In this document: positions 29,201 through 38,430 of the stretch, one piece after another
Position numbering within the stretch: position 1 is the first letter of the stretch
Layout: each line of letters opens with the position of its first letter
IMG/VR virus record: IMGVR_UViG_3300027631_000013
Direction: 5' to 3' (one strand)
Source: an uncultured virus (IMG/VR IMGVR_UViG_3300027631_000013)
Lineage: Duplodnaviria; Heunggongvirae; Uroviricota; Caudoviricetes
DNA: 64,000 nt
Position numbers and translations under genes: made by a program
Notes under the pieces: model-generated
The model's input: only the letters and a program-made list of their open reading frames with translations
Databases searched by the model: none
Told to the model about the DNA's origin: nothing

Positions 29201-32200
29201 ACTATATTTGTATTAGCGGAATTAGTGGATGTAGCTGCACTACCAGCGTTAGTAGCAGTTCCAGCTGAACCAGCATTAGTAGCAGTAGTAGCAGAGCCAG
29301 CAGTAACTGAAGTTCCTGCGCTACCAGCATTAGTAGCAGTTCCTGCTGTACCAGCATTGGTTGCAGTGGTAGCAGAACCAGCACTACCAGCGTTTACTGC
29401 TGTACCAGCGCTACCTGCTGTTACTGATGTTCCAGCCGAACCAGCGTTTGTTGCTGTTCCTGCTGTTCCAGCAGAGGTTGCTGTTGTAGCAGAACCAGCG
29501 TTTCCAGCATTAACTGCTGTACCAGCGCTACCAGCAGTTGTAGAAGTAGTTGCATTACCAGAGAAAGTAGTTGCTGTAATTGTGTTCCCAAGAGCACTTA
29601 CACCAGAAAGGACATAGATTGCTGTACTTCCAATAGATGCATTGCTTCTTGATCCAGTAATGTAAATTGTACTTGTTGTATCTAGAACAATGTTAGCATT
29701 TGCAGTATTAGTGGCTGTACCAGCTGAACCAGCTGTTACAGATGTTCCTGCAGAACCAGCATTGCTTGCTGTAGTGGCTGCGCCAGCAAAACCTGCATTC
29801 GTTGCTGTTGTTGCAGATCCTGCAGAACCAGCATTAACTGCCGTTCCGGCACTTCCAGCAGTGACAGAAGTTCCTGCGGAGCCTGCGTTTGTAGCAGTAC
29901 CTGCTGTACCAGCAGAAGTAGCAGTAGTAGCATTACCACTAAACGTTGTAGCGGTAATAATGTTATTACCAATTGTAATTCCAGAACCAGTAGATAATTG
30001 AGTGGAACCAGAAGCTGTATTTAAAACAGTACCAACTAAATATCTAGTTGCAGTTGAAGCATCAGTATTGACTAAAGCAGCAGATGTAGCTGTTCCTGCT
30101 ATATTAGATGTCCAACCTAAAGCAGCTGAACCATTGGTATATAATACTTGATTAGCACTTCCATCAGCAACAGGTAATGTGAAAGTAACATTTGCAGAAG
30201 AAGAACCTGCTCTTAATCCAGTGTAGAATGTGTTTGCAGAATTGAAGAATCTAACTTCTTTTTGTGATAATACTTCAATATTATTAGCAACATCAATAGT
30301 GCCGAATACATTTAAAGAACCACCAATTCCAACACCACCAGAAACAGTTAATGCTCCAGTAGTTGTAGAACCAGAAGCAGTGGAGCCTTGAATCTTTACA
30401 TCTTGACCAAAGTAGGAAGTTTTTCCAATTCCAACACCACCGACTACAGTTAATCCACCTGTTGTTGAAGATGTAGAAGCTGCGGTTTGTGCTATGGAAG
30501 CTTTTAATGAAGTAAATGTTAATAAATTGACCCCACCAATATTTAAATAGACGATTCTACCTGTACCTGCCTGCAGATACGTATCTCCAGACGTATTATA
30601 AATAAATAGTGCATTAAGATAACCAGGGCCACTCGTGCTACTAAAATATTGAAGACCTGCACTATTGTATAAATTATTAGCTAGTCTTAGTCCAGCATTA
30701 GCAAATTCATCGGTGCTAGTATTTTGTATATCAACATATACGGCGGGTCTACTTCCAGCAAAACCTGCTATACTATCAGTGTTAAAAAATGTACTAGCTA
30801 TCCCAACATTTAATACTCCACTAATTCCAACACCACCAGTAACAGTTAAAGCACCAGTAGTTGGAGTAGTAGAAGCAGTGGAGCCTTGAATCTTTACATC
30901 TTGGCCAAAGTAGGATGTTTTAGCAATACCAGCTCCACCAGAAACAGTCAGAGCACCTGTGGTTGAAGATGTGGATACAGTGGTATGAAGGACAGATACT
31001 CCATTTCCACCAGAAAATTTGTGAAAACTGGAAGACCCCGACCCTGCTTCATAAACTATTTCTCCTGGACCGATTATTTCTAAAGAATTATTATAAAAAG
31101 GAACTACATTATTTCCATTCCAGAATCTTATTTTCGCCTGAATGCCGAGGTTATCCACAAAGAGTAGTTGGCTATTGGACAACATATCACTTCTGGTATT
31201 TTGTATACGTACTGTTAAACCATCTGAGTCACTGGCGCTACCAGAAAAATTTGCTACTACATTATATGGGTTATAACTAGTAGATGCAATTCCAACATTT
31301 AATCTTCCACTAATACCAACACCGCCAGTAATAACTAAAGCACCAGTAGTTTGATTAGTTGAAGCAGTGGAACCTAGAATCTTTACATCTTGACCAAAGT
31401 AGGATGTTTTAGCAATACCCGCTCCACCAGATACAATTAAAGCGCCTGTAGTTGAAGATGTGGAATCTGTGGAGCCAGTAATATTTAAACCTGATGCGCT
31501 TAATGTATTACCTAAAGCACTTACACCAGAAAGAACATATGAAGCAGTATTACCAATGGATGCATTACTTCTTGAGCCAGTAAGGTAAATTGTAGAAGTG
31601 GTATCAAGAACTACGTTAGTATTAGCAGAGTTTGTAGCTGTTCCTGCGGAACCAGCATTAGTTGCTGTACCAGCGCTTCCAGCGTTAGTAGCAGTACCTG
31701 CTGTTCCAGCGGAAGTAGCTGTAGTAGCACTTCCAGCTGTTACTGATGTTCCAGCACTACCAGCATTAGTGGCTGTCCCTGCTGTTCCAGCTGAAGTAGC
31801 AGTAGTGGCTGCGCCAGCAAATCCAGCATTGGTTGCCGTTCCGGCACTACCGGCTGTTACTGAAGTACCAGCACTACCAGCATTAGTGGCTGTACCTGCT
31901 GTTCCAGCAGATACAGATGTTCCTGCGCTACCTGCATTTACAGCAGTTCCAGCAGCACCAGCAGTAGTAGCGGTAGTAGCAGAACCAGCACTTCCTGTAA
32001 TAGAACCAGTAATTGTAGAAGAGAATGTTTTGGTTCCTGCAATAGTTTGTGTGCCAGTAGTAATTAAACCCCTAGCTGTTGCAGAAGCGTCAGGAATATT
32101 AAATGTGTGAGAAGAGCCTGTTGAAGTTATCGCAAAATCAGTTCCAGAAGATCCAACTGCCAAAGACTGATAAGAAGCTGCTATGCCATTAAGATTTGTT

Positions 32201-35200
32201 ATTCCAGCTCCTGTAGTAGAAACTGTAATTGAACCAGCAGAGTTAGTAATTAAAATACCACTACCAGCAGTAAGAGTAGATTTAATTAATGAGTTGCCAG
32301 TAGATGAACCAATTAAAAGTTGTCCATCAGTATAGGATATTTGCCCTGTACCACCATAAAGAACACCGATTGTTGCTGCGTTCCAAGTACCAGAAGCAAG
32401 TGTACCTACAGAAGTTAATGAGGATGAAACTACAGATGTGCCAAGAGAAATAGCATCTAAAACCTTGGCTCCATTGATTCTATAAGTATATCCAGTTGAA
32501 GCATTTATATCTCCAACTACATGTAATTTAAATGATGGATTTGATATACCAACACCAACATTACCAGCAAACTCAGCCATAGAAACTGTAGCATCTGCAT
32601 TTGCTCTAATTAATGGGATACCAGAAATATCATTAACAGAGAAAATCCATCCAGTATTTAAAACAGGTGTGATAGAGAATAATTGGCCTTGTGCACCATC
32701 AAAAGAAAGTGAGTTATCTTCTAGTACATTTAAGAATATTGGGTTGCCTGTTTGACCAATAAATGCCATAGAAGGAATGGTTGTTATTCCTGTGGTTCCA
32801 ATTTGTGCTTGGTTAAATACTAATCTTCCACTGATTCCAACTCCACCATTAACAACAAGTGCGCCAGTATTTACAGATGTTGATGCAGTGGAAGAATTAA
32901 CTACTAATTGGCCTGTACTTGGATTATAGAAAAGATTGGAATTAGTGAGGATATTTGATGAGCCAGATGTTGCAGATGTAAACGAAAGGAATCTAGATGC
33001 ATTTGTTGAGTCTGCAGTAATTGTAACTGAACCAGCAACAGTTGCTGTACCTGCTGAGCCAGCGTTGGTTGCTGTACCAGCGGATCCTGCAGTGACAGAA
33101 GTTCCTGCGGAGCCTGCGTTTGTAGCAGTGCCTGCTGTTCCAGCTGAAGTGGCTGTAGTAGCAGCACCAGCGAATCCAGCGTTAGTAGCTGTTCCAGCTG
33201 TACCAGCTGAAGTGGATGTAGTTGCAGCACCAGCAAAACCAGCATTTACTGCTGTTCCAGCAGACCCTGCAGTGACAGAAGTACCAGCAGATCCAGCGTT
33301 AGTAGCAGTACCAGCCGTACCTGCCGAGACAGATGTTCCAGCACTTCCAGCATTAGTAGCTGTTCCTGCTGTTCCAGCAGAAGTAGCAGTAGTAGCGTTG
33401 CCTGAGAAAGTAGTAGCTGTTACAGTATTACCAAGTGCAGATACACCAGATAATACATATACTGCCGTGCTTCCTATAGAAGCATTACTTCTTGATCCAG
33501 TTAAGTAAATTGTTGATGTGGTGTCAAGTACCACATTTGTATTAGCTGAATTAGTGGCTGTACCAGCTGAACCAGCTGTTACAGATGTTCCTGCAGAACC
33601 AGCGTTAGTAGCAGTACCTGCTGTTCCAGCAGATGTAGCAGTGGTAGCAGATCCAGCATTACCAGCATTGACTGCTGTACCAGCACTTCCGGCAGTTACA
33701 GATGTTCCTGCGGAACCAGCGTTAGTAGCGGTACCTGCTGTTCCAGCGGAAGTAGCAGTAGTTGCAGCACCAGCAAATCCAGCATTAGTGGCTGTACCTG
33801 CTGTCCCAGCAGTTACTGAAGTTCCTGCGGAACCAGCGTTAGTAGCAGTACCTGCTGTCCCAGCAGAAGTAGCAGTAGTAGCAGCACCTGCAAAACCAGC
33901 GTTAGTTGCTGTTCCTGCTGTTCCTGCAGAAGTGGCAGTAGTAGCAGAACCTGCATTGCCATCAAGGTCAGCAAAAATAGTAGCCTTAGTTCCAGATACT
34001 ACCTCACCGCTGATAGAAGCGTCAGTGTAAAAGGCATATTTACTTGCTGATTGATCCCAACCAAAGAATCCAGTTTTGCCTGTACCTGAAAAATAATAGA
34101 ACGCCAATCCTCTGTCTTTAGAATCTGCAGAGTTTGGAACAGTACCGCCCGTGCTTGTTCCAATAGTTATAATTGGGTCTACAACGGTTGAAACTGTGGA
34201 GTTAACTGTCGTAGTGGTTCCATTAATTGTAAGATCGCCAGTGAGAACAAAGTTACCACCTACATTTAAGTTTCCAGTTATACCTACACCACCAGAAACA
34301 ATCAATGCTCCTGAGGAAGTGTTAGTAGATTGAGTATTGTTCCCAATCCTAGTATCATCTGGTACGACCAAAGATGTTGCAGTTACAGATATTCCACTAC
34401 CAACAAACATTGACTGAGTGGCACTTGCTGTATCTGAACTAGACAATGTTAAATAGTTAGTACCAGTAAGTGCTTGAGTTCTAATTGCTTCAGATCTACC
34501 AGAGTTAGTAGCAGTACCAGCAGATCCAGCATTGGTTGCAGTACCTGCCGAACCAGCATTGGTTGCAGTACCTGCTGTTCCAGCAGATGTAGCAGTAGTA
34601 GCAGAACCAGCGCTTCCTGCATTGGTGGCTGTACCAGCACTTCCAGCAGTTACTGAGGTACCTGCCGAACCAGCATTAGTAGCTGTACCAGCTGTTCCAG
34701 CTGAAGTAGCTGTAGTTGCAGAACCAGCGCTTCCAGCATTAGTAGCTGTACCAGCTGTTCCAGCTGAAGTAGCGGTAGTGGCTGCGCCAGCAAAACCTGC
34801 GTTTGTTGCTGTACCAGCAGAACCTGCAGTTACAGAAGTACCTGCACTACCTGCATTAGTTGCAGTACCAGCTGTACCAGCTGAAGTAGCTGTTGTTGCA
34901 GAACCAGCACTTCCAGCATTAGTGGCTGTACCTGCTGTTCCAGCAGAAGTAGCTGTAGTGGCTGCGCCAGCAAAACCAGCATTTGTAGCTGTACCAGCAG
35001 AACCTGCAGTAACAGAAGTACCAGCGCTACCAGCATTAGTAGCAGTACCAGCTGTACCAGCTGAAGTAGCAGTAGTTGCTGCGCCAGCAAAACCAGCATT
35101 TGTAGCTGTAACTGCTGTACCAGCAGATGTAGCAGATGTAGCAGTTCCAGTAAGATTGCCAACAAAACCACTACTTGCAAAAACTTGTCCTAAAACATGT

Positions 35201-36726
35201 AATTTATATGATGGATTAGAAAGACCAATTCCAACATTTCCAGCAAACTCTGCCATTGCAATAGTAGCATCAGCATTTGCCCTAATTAATGGTATGCCTG
35301 AAATGTCATTAACAGAAAAAATCCAACCAGTATTTAAAACTGGTGAAATTGAGAATAATTGACCTTGAGTTCCTGAGAATGAGATTGTATTATCATCAAG
35401 GACTCTAAGATTAATAGGATTTCCAGTAGAGCCAATAAAGGCCATTGTTGGAGGAGATGCAATTCCTGTAGTACCAAACTGAGCAGAATTAAAAACTAAT
35501 CTGCCACTGATTCCTACGCCACCATTAACAACCAAAGCTCCAGTATTTACAGAAGTAGATGCTGTTGATGAGTTAATTAATACTTGACCAGCACCAGGAT
35601 TGTAAATTAGGTTTGAGTTTACAAGTACATTTGATGAGCCGGATGTAGCTGAAACAAACGATAAATATCTTGATGCACTTGTAGAATCAGATGTAATTGT
35701 AACAGAGCCAGCGACAGTTGCTGTTCCAGCTAATCCTGCATTAGCGGCTGTTCCTGCGCTACCGGCTGTAACAGATGTTCCTGCAGAGCCTGCATTTGTA
35801 GCAGTAGTAGCAGAGCCAGCTGTTACTGAAGTTCCAGCACTTCCTGCGTTTGTTGCCGTGCCAGCTGTTCCAGCTGAAGTAGCTGTAGTTGCAGCACCTG
35901 CAAAGCCTGCATTAGTAGCTGTACCAGCTGATCCTGCTGTTACTGAAGTTCCGGCACTACCAGCGTTTGTTGCTGTACCAGCTGTTCCAGCTGAAGTAGC
36001 AGTGGTGGCTGATCCTGCGCTTCCAGCATTAGTTGCTGTACCAGCAGATCCTGCTGTTACTGATGTACCAGCACTTCCTGCGTTAGTAGCTGTTCCCGCT
36101 GTACCAGCGGATGTAGCTGTTGTGGCTGAGCCTGCGAATCCAGCATTAGTAGCTGTTCCCGCTGTACCAGCGGATGTCGCTGTTGTGGCTGCGCCTGCGA
36201 ATCCAGCATTAGTTGCTGTACCTGCAGATCCTGCTGTTACTGAAGTACCTGCACTTCCTGCATTTGTTGCTGTTCCCGCTGTACCAGCGGATACTGAAGT
36301 ACCAGCGCTTCCAGCTGTTAAAGATGTTCCAGCACTTCCAGAGGTTGTAGCGGATGTTGCAGTACCAGTAAGATTTCCTACAAACCCACCACTAGCGTAT
36401 GCCTGACCAATTACACTTAATTTATATGCTGCGTTTGTAGTGCCAATTCCGACAAAACCAGAAAATTCAGCAATTCCAACAGTTCCATCTGCATGTACTC
36501 TAAAAGATGGAATACCAGATATATCATTAATAGAAAAGATATATCCAGAAGATAAATTATTATTTACCGAGAATAGTTGTCCAGATGATCCTTCAAATGA
36601 TATGGTGTTATCATCAAGAACATATAGTGTAATAGGGGCATTAGTAGACCCTGTGAATGCTATTCTTGGTAGAGAGGTTGTATCTCTATTGGGTGTGATA
36701 CGAATATTCTTATCGGAATTGGCCAT
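23188..36726 (-). CDS. Giant (4512 aa) repetitive tail-fibre/appendage protein
   Basis: Long A-x-x tripeptide tracts (AGS/AGT/ATN/ATT), recurrent GALxVxGGVGI modules, GGTG fibre motifs, C-terminal KSFVINHP..LRYGSLEGPENGVYVRG domain typical of phage fibre tips. Confidence 0.85.
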   Translation of the reverse strand: MANSDKNIRITPNRDTTSLPRIAFTGSTNAPITLYVLDDNTISFEGSSGQLFSVNNNLSSGYIFSINDISGIPSFRVHADGTVGIAEFSGFVGIGTTNAAYKLSVIGQAYASGGFVGNLTGTATSATTSGSAGTSLTAGSAGTSVSAGTAGTATNAGSAGTSVTAGSAGTATNAGFAGAATTATSAGTAGTATNAGFAGSATTATSAGTAGTATNAGSAGTSVTAGSAGTATNAGSAGSATTATSAGTAGTATNAGSAGTSVTAGSAGTATNAGFAGAATTATSAGTAGTATNAGSAGTSVTAGSATTATNAGSAGTSVTAGSAGTAANAGLAGTATVAGSVTITSDSTSASRYLSFVSATSGSSNVLVNSNLIYNPGAGQVLINSSTASTSVNTGALVVNGGVGISGRLVFNSAQFGTTGIASPPTMAFIGSTGNPINLRVLDDNTISFSGTQGQLFSISPVLNTGWIFSVNDISGIPLIRANADATIAMAEFAGNVGIGLSNPSYKLHVLGQVFASSGFVGNLTGTATSATSAGTAVTATNAGFAGAATTATSAGTAGTATNAGSAGTSVTAGSAGTATNAGFAGAATTATSAGTAGTATNAGSAGSATTATSAGTAGTATNAGSAGTSVTAGSAGTATNAGFAGAATTATSAGTAGTATNAGSAGSATTATSAGTAGTATNAGSAGTSVTAGSAGTATNAGSAGSATTATSAGTAGTATNAGSAGTATNAGSAGTATNSGRSEAIRTQALTGTNYLTLSSSDTASATQSMFVGSGISVTATSLVVPDDTRIGNNTQSTNTSSGALIVSGGVGITGNLNVGGNFVLTGDLTINGTTTTVNSTVSTVVDPIITIGTSTGGTVPNSADSKDRGLAFYYFSGTGKTGFFGWDQSASKYAFYTDASISGEVVSGTKATIFADLDGNAGSATTATSAGTAGTATNAGFAGAATTATSAGTAGTATNAGSAGTSVTAGTAGTATNAGFAGAATTATSAGTAGTATNAGSAGTSVTAGSAGTAVNAGNAGSATTATSAGTAGTATNAGSAGTSVTAGSAGTATNSANTNVVLDTTSTIYLTGSRSNASIGSTAVYVLSGVSALGNTVTATTFSGNATTATSAGTAGTATNAGSAGTSVSAGTAGTATNAGSAGTSVTAGSAGTAVNAGFAGAATTSTSAGTAGTATNAGFAGAATTATSAGTAGTATNAGSAGTSVTAGSAGTATNAGSAGTATVAGSVTITADSTNASRFLSFTSATSGSSNILTNSNLFYNPSTGQLVVNSSTASTSVNTGALVVNGGVGISGRLVFNQAQIGTTGITTIPSMAFIGQTGNPIFLNVLEDNSLSFDGAQGQLFSITPVLNTGWIFSVNDISGIPLIRANADATVSMAEFAGNVGVGISNPSFKLHVVGDINASTGYTYRINGAKVLDAISLGTSVVSSSLTSVGTLASGTWNAATIGVLYGGTGQISYTDGQLLIGSSTGNSLIKSTLTAGSGILITNSAGSITVSTTGAGITNLNGIAASYQSLAVGSSGTDFAITSTGSSHTFNIPDASATARGLITTGTQTIAGTKTFSSTITGSITGSAGSATTATTAGAAGTAVNAGSAGTSVSAGTAGTATNAGSAGTSVTAGSAGTATNAGFAGAATTATSAGTAGTATNAGSAGTSVTAGSATTATSAGTAGTATNAGSAGTATNAGSAGTATNSANTNVVLDTTSTIYLTGSRSNASIGNTASYVLSGVSALGNTLSASGLNITGSTDSTSSTTGALIVSGGAGIAKTSYFGQDVKILGSTASTNQTTGALVITGGVGISGRLNVGIASTSYNPYNVVANFSGSASDSDGLTVRIQNTRSDMLSNSQLLFVDNLGIQAKIRFWNGNNVVPFYNNSLEIIGPGEIVYEAGSGSSSFHKFSGGNGVSVLHTTVSTSSTTGALTVSGGAGIAKTSYFGQDVKIQGSTASTTPTTGALTVTGGVGISGVLNVGIASTFFNTDSIAGFAGSRPAVYVDIQNTSTDEFANAGLRLANNLYNSAGLQYFSSTSGPGYLNALFIYNTSGDTYLQAGTGRIVYLNIGGVNLLTFTSLKASIAQTAASTSSTTGGLTVVGGVGIGKTSYFGQDVKIQGSTASGSTTTGALTVSGGVGIGGSLNVFGTIDVANNIEVLSQKEVRFFNSANTFYTGLRAGSSSANVTFTLPVADGSANQVLYTNGSAALGWTSNIAGTATSAALVNTDASTATRYLVGTVLNTASGSTQLSTGSGITIGNNIITATTFSGNATTATSAGTAGTATNAGSAGTSVTAGSAGTAVNAGSAGSATTATNAGFAGAATTASNAGSAGTSVTAGSAGTATNTANANIVLDTTSTIYITGSRSNASIGSTAIYVLSGVSALGNTITATTFSGNATTSTTAGSAGTAVNAGNAGSATTATSAGTAGTATNAGSAGTSVTAGSAGTAVNAGSAGSATTATNAGTAGTATNAGSAGTSVTAGSATTATNAGSAGTATNAGSAATSTNSANTNIVLDTTSTIYLTGSRSNASIGNTAVYVLSGVSALGNTITATTFSGNATTATNAGSAGSATTATSAGTAGTATNAGSAGTSVTAGSAGSATTATSAGTAGTATNAGFAGAATTATSAGTAGTATNAGSAGSATTATNAGTAGTATNAGSAGTAVNAGSAGTAVNAGRAEAIRTQTFAGTDFLALLDNDNANTTTSLYSGSGISVTSSLFVVPKDTRLGSNTNSTTSTSGALIVSGGLGVTGNLNVGGNFVLTGDLTVNGTTTTVNSTVSTVVDPIITIGTAIGGTVPNTADSKDRGVAFYYVSGTGKTGFFGWDQSVSKFALFTDATISGEVVSGTKGVLVADLDGNAGSATTSTSAGTAGTATNAGSAGTSITAGSSGSATTATSAGTAGTATNAGSAGTSVTAGSAGTSVTAGSATTATNAGFAGAATTATSAGTAGTATNAGSAGTSVTAGSATTATSAGTAGTATNAGSAGTATNAGSAATSTNSANTNVVLDTTSTIYLTGSRSNASIGNTPSYVLSGVSALGNTLSASALRITGSTASTSPTSGALVVTGGVGISGQLNVGGKPATSISSNTLAAFASSNDLSDVSVLIQNTSPVNYSYSILSFGNDVVGNLASIGYNNSNSSTASQLLFISNSYGDVNLGAGTAKTILLYTGSPNTTLKLDSTRVSIAQTTASTSSTTGALTLVGGAGIGKTSYFGQSVFIQGTTASGSTTTGALVVTGGVGIGGSLNVFGTIDVADNIEVLSQKEVRFFNSANTFYTGLKAGSSSANVTFTLPVADGSANQVLYTNGSAGLAWTTIASVSAITTLNSLTAATQTFATGTSGTDFNISSSTSTHTFNIPDASGSNRGLVTTGAQTIAGAKTFSGNTIISSSTASTTPTTGALTVAGGVGISGRLYIGKPIDFPTTEIGIGGSNCQITLKNTYNGPDTKSSGLTIVNNADIYASFVLDQSYSSNPNRLSIINDGNIYYATYGTNTTHTFESPLDVELTIGGTGVSVLRSTASTSTTTGGLTVSGGAGIAKTSYFGQDVKIQGSTASTNSTTGALIVSGGVGIGGSLWTSTSNLASISGVTLNNGTVTGALSGNATTSTSAGSAGTAVNAGFAGAATTATTAGSAGTSVTAGSATTATNAGNAGSATTATSAGTAGTATNAGSAGTSVTAGSATTATNAGSAGTSVTAGSATTATNAGSAGTSVTAGSATTATNAGNAGSATTATNAGFAGSATTATSAGTAGTATNAGSAGTATNSANTNVVLDTTSTIYLTGSRSNASIGSTAVYVLSGVSALGNTITATTFSGNATTATSAGTAGTATNAGSAGSATTATSAGTAGTATNAGSAGSATTATSAGTAGTATNAGFAGAATTATSAGTAGTATNAGSAGSATTATSAGTAGTATNAGNAGSATTATSAGFAGAATTATTAGSAGTSVTAGSATTATSAGTAGTATNAGSAGTATNAGSATTATNAGSAGTATNSANINVVLDTTSTIFLTGSRSNASIGSTPAYVLSGVSALGNTITASGANINGTTTSTSTSTGALVVTGGVGIGGSLWTATANLSSISGVSHINSTITSGAWAGTAISAVNGGTGQVSYAIGDILYASSTTALTRLAAGTAGSVLKSNGAGTAPSWQVDSTGSGGGGTVAVPSAASLVAYYPGTGASVASYNRVSINTAAASMELLAQGSLPALLVNATNGASVDSVQFKSSFGDVYWALGPTTQALKSTNGGILQIDSLGSILVDSPAALTFYNTGQTFYTALTGATNATSDLTFILPTSAGTAGSVLATAGASGQLYWSAPGASGGGAGTVASGTSARLAYYPGTGSSVKDATGFEYSTSGTTNTVRVFGGSAIGNTFFIVNGIGTTQIRVGIGVTNPAYELEIEGEISATNKSFVINHPLKNNWKLRYGSLEGPENGVYVRGILKDEYVIETPDYWTGLVHPESLTVTLTPIGKTNSILYVEKIEDYKIHINDFNDNPINCFFTVWAERIDIPKLVVEYENGTIL

Positions 36727-36794
36727 TTTTACGCTCTTTTAAGAGGGGAGAGAATATAATTATTCTGCTTAATTATTCAAGCAAATAAGCTTCT

Positions 36795-37043
36795 TTATCC
36801 TTCTGTTAGAGGTGCAGTCCATTCAGATGTTGCTAAAATCGCTAAAATCTCTTCATGGGTGTATTCTTGTGATTTTGTTGTAAGAGCTGCTACAGATGCT
36901 GGTTGTGTGCCTTCATATTTCACGAATGTTTTTGTTTCATCTACAGACTTTCTCACTGTGTCTGCTGAAGTTTCCATCACTTCTGAAAAACTAACATTTG
37001 CCAACTCGGAACAATCAAAAATTACATACTTTCTATCATTCAT
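36795..37043 (-). CDS. Small phage protein, possibly a fibre assembly factor
   Basis: 82 aa; FSEVMETSADTVRKSVDETKTFVKY...YTHEEIL..L...EW; AGGAG RBS. Confidence 0.7.
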   Translation of the reverse strand: MNDRKYVIFDCSELANVSFSEVMETSADTVRKSVDETKTFVKYEGTQPASVAALTTKSQEYTHEEILAILATSEWTAPLTEG

Positions 37044-37066
37044 TTTATTTTTTCTCCTAATTATAT

Positions 37067-37789
37067 TTATAAAGAATATCTTACTCTTAATGCATTATAA
37101 TTTTGCTTTATTTCATTATCAGACATATTTCTTGCATACATATAAACTCCAGCGATTCTAAATGTGCCGAATTCTTGAGTACCGTTTGCATTAGAACCAA
37201 AAGTCATTCTTGTTACTAAAGCATAATTAAAAGGATCTGAAGCAATTGATGATGTAGATTCTTGAACACCGTTGACAAAATATTGAGTAGAAACACCATT
37301 CGTCCATCTTATAGTTATAATTTTAAAATCATCATTTGCTGTTTGAAGAACACTAGTTGAATACATACCAGATGGACTGCCCCTATACCAAAGTCCATAT
37401 CTACTTTGATCACATGAAGCAAGACAAAAATAAGTTGAAAAATCTACATTTGTAGCTTCTCCTGCATTACAAGCCATAATCCTCGAACAGCTACCAAAAC
37501 CATTATTATTGATACTGGACATGACGATAAATATAGTTGCGTTTCTTCCAAAGTCTTGAGTGTAAGAGCCATTTCTTATGATATTTTGGCCACTATCAGC
37601 ACGTACGTTGAAACAGGTAGTATTTTTATGAGTGGTGAAAGATGGTGAATTATTTAAAGTAAAATTATAGTTATTACCTGAAACGTCATACCAAGTGTTA
37701 CCAGTTCCAGGATAAGATCTACTGTTTGTGGCATCTAAAGCAAGCATTAGGCCTGTAGGATTTATATTTGGGCTTACAATTACTGCCAT
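37067..37789 (-). CDS. LamG-like protein
   Basis: LDATNSRSYPGTGNTWYD...FVNG...EIKQNY. Confidence 0.8.
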   Translation of the reverse strand: MAVIVSPNINPTGLMLALDATNSRSYPGTGNTWYDVSGNNYNFTLNNSPSFTTHKNTTCFNVRADSGQNIIRNGSYTQDFGRNATIFIVMSSINNNGFGSCSRIMACNAGEATNVDFSTYFCLASCDQSRYGLWYRGSPSGMYSTSVLQTANDDFKIITIRWTNGVSTQYFVNGVQESTSSIASDPFNYALVTRMTFGSNANGTQEFGTFRIAGVYMYARNMSDNEIKQNYNALRVRYSL

Positions 37790-38430
37790 TAGTATCCAAA
37801 CCTCTTTCTTGTAGCATTGTAGTTTTGCTTTATTTCATCAGCTGTAAGAAGTCTGTTGTAGAACATTAAAAAACTAATTTCAGCAGTAGAACACTCATTA
37901 ACACCAAGCCATCCACCTAAGCACAAACCATTAGGGCCTTGAGATCCATTGCCATTGCTTACAGATAAAGAACCATTAATATACATACTCCAAACATCAG
38001 AACTATAGTTTTCAACTCCTGTAGTGATTTGCCAATTTGTATTGTTTGGAACTCCAGGGCCAACAATCCAGCCTTCTGCATAGTAGACAGGATTTTGATT
38101 ACTCCAATGTCCTAGTAGCCAGTTATTACTAAAAGAAGTTATAATTCTTCCACGAGTTCCTCCAGAATATCTCACGGCAGCCATTACTGTATGGTTTGTA
38201 AATCTTTGATCGAATGGAGACAATACTATATAATCGTTTGTTCCATCTGTTTGCATTACTCCACCATTATTTGTACTGTATGCCACTCCATTAACAAGTG
38301 TCATATGATTATTGTTGCCTGATAAGTCATACCAAGTATTACCAGTACCAGAATAAGATCTTGGATTTGCAGCGTCAACATATACAATTAATCCATTTGT
38401 TACTAGTGAGGTGTTATATGCAATTCCCAT
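37789..38430 (-). CDS. LamG-like protein
   Basis: DAANPRSYSGTGNTWYDLSG...YNRLLTADEIKQNY. Confidence 0.8.
   Translation of the reverse strand: MGIAYNTSLVTNGLIVYVDAANPRSYSGTGNTWYDLSGNNNHMTLVNGVAYSTNNGGVMQTDGTNDYIVLSPFDQRFTNHTVMAAVRYSGGTRGRIITSFSNNWLLGHWSNQNPVYYAEGWIVGPGVPNNTNWQITTGVENYSSDVWSMYINGSLSVSNGNGSQGPNGLCLGGWLGVNECSTAEISFLMFYNRLLTADEIKQNYNATRKRFGY

Noticed and set aside
23188..36726. Ice-nucleation protein, collagen or CRISPR array
   Set aside because: Period is 3 with Ala first, not the AGYGSTxT octapeptide or G-x-y; repeats are coding and synonymous-variable with no repeat-spacer pattern.
24108..36742. Many plus-strand VAVPA-rich ORFs and L/Q-rich alternative-frame ORFs (also at 55593-59492)
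   Set aside because: Shadows of the repetitive minus-strand fibre genes.
37060..37075. T4-type late promoter TATAAATA (also near 1067-1074, minus strand)
   Set aside because: Only two instances noticed in very AT-rich DNA; not seen before most structural genes.
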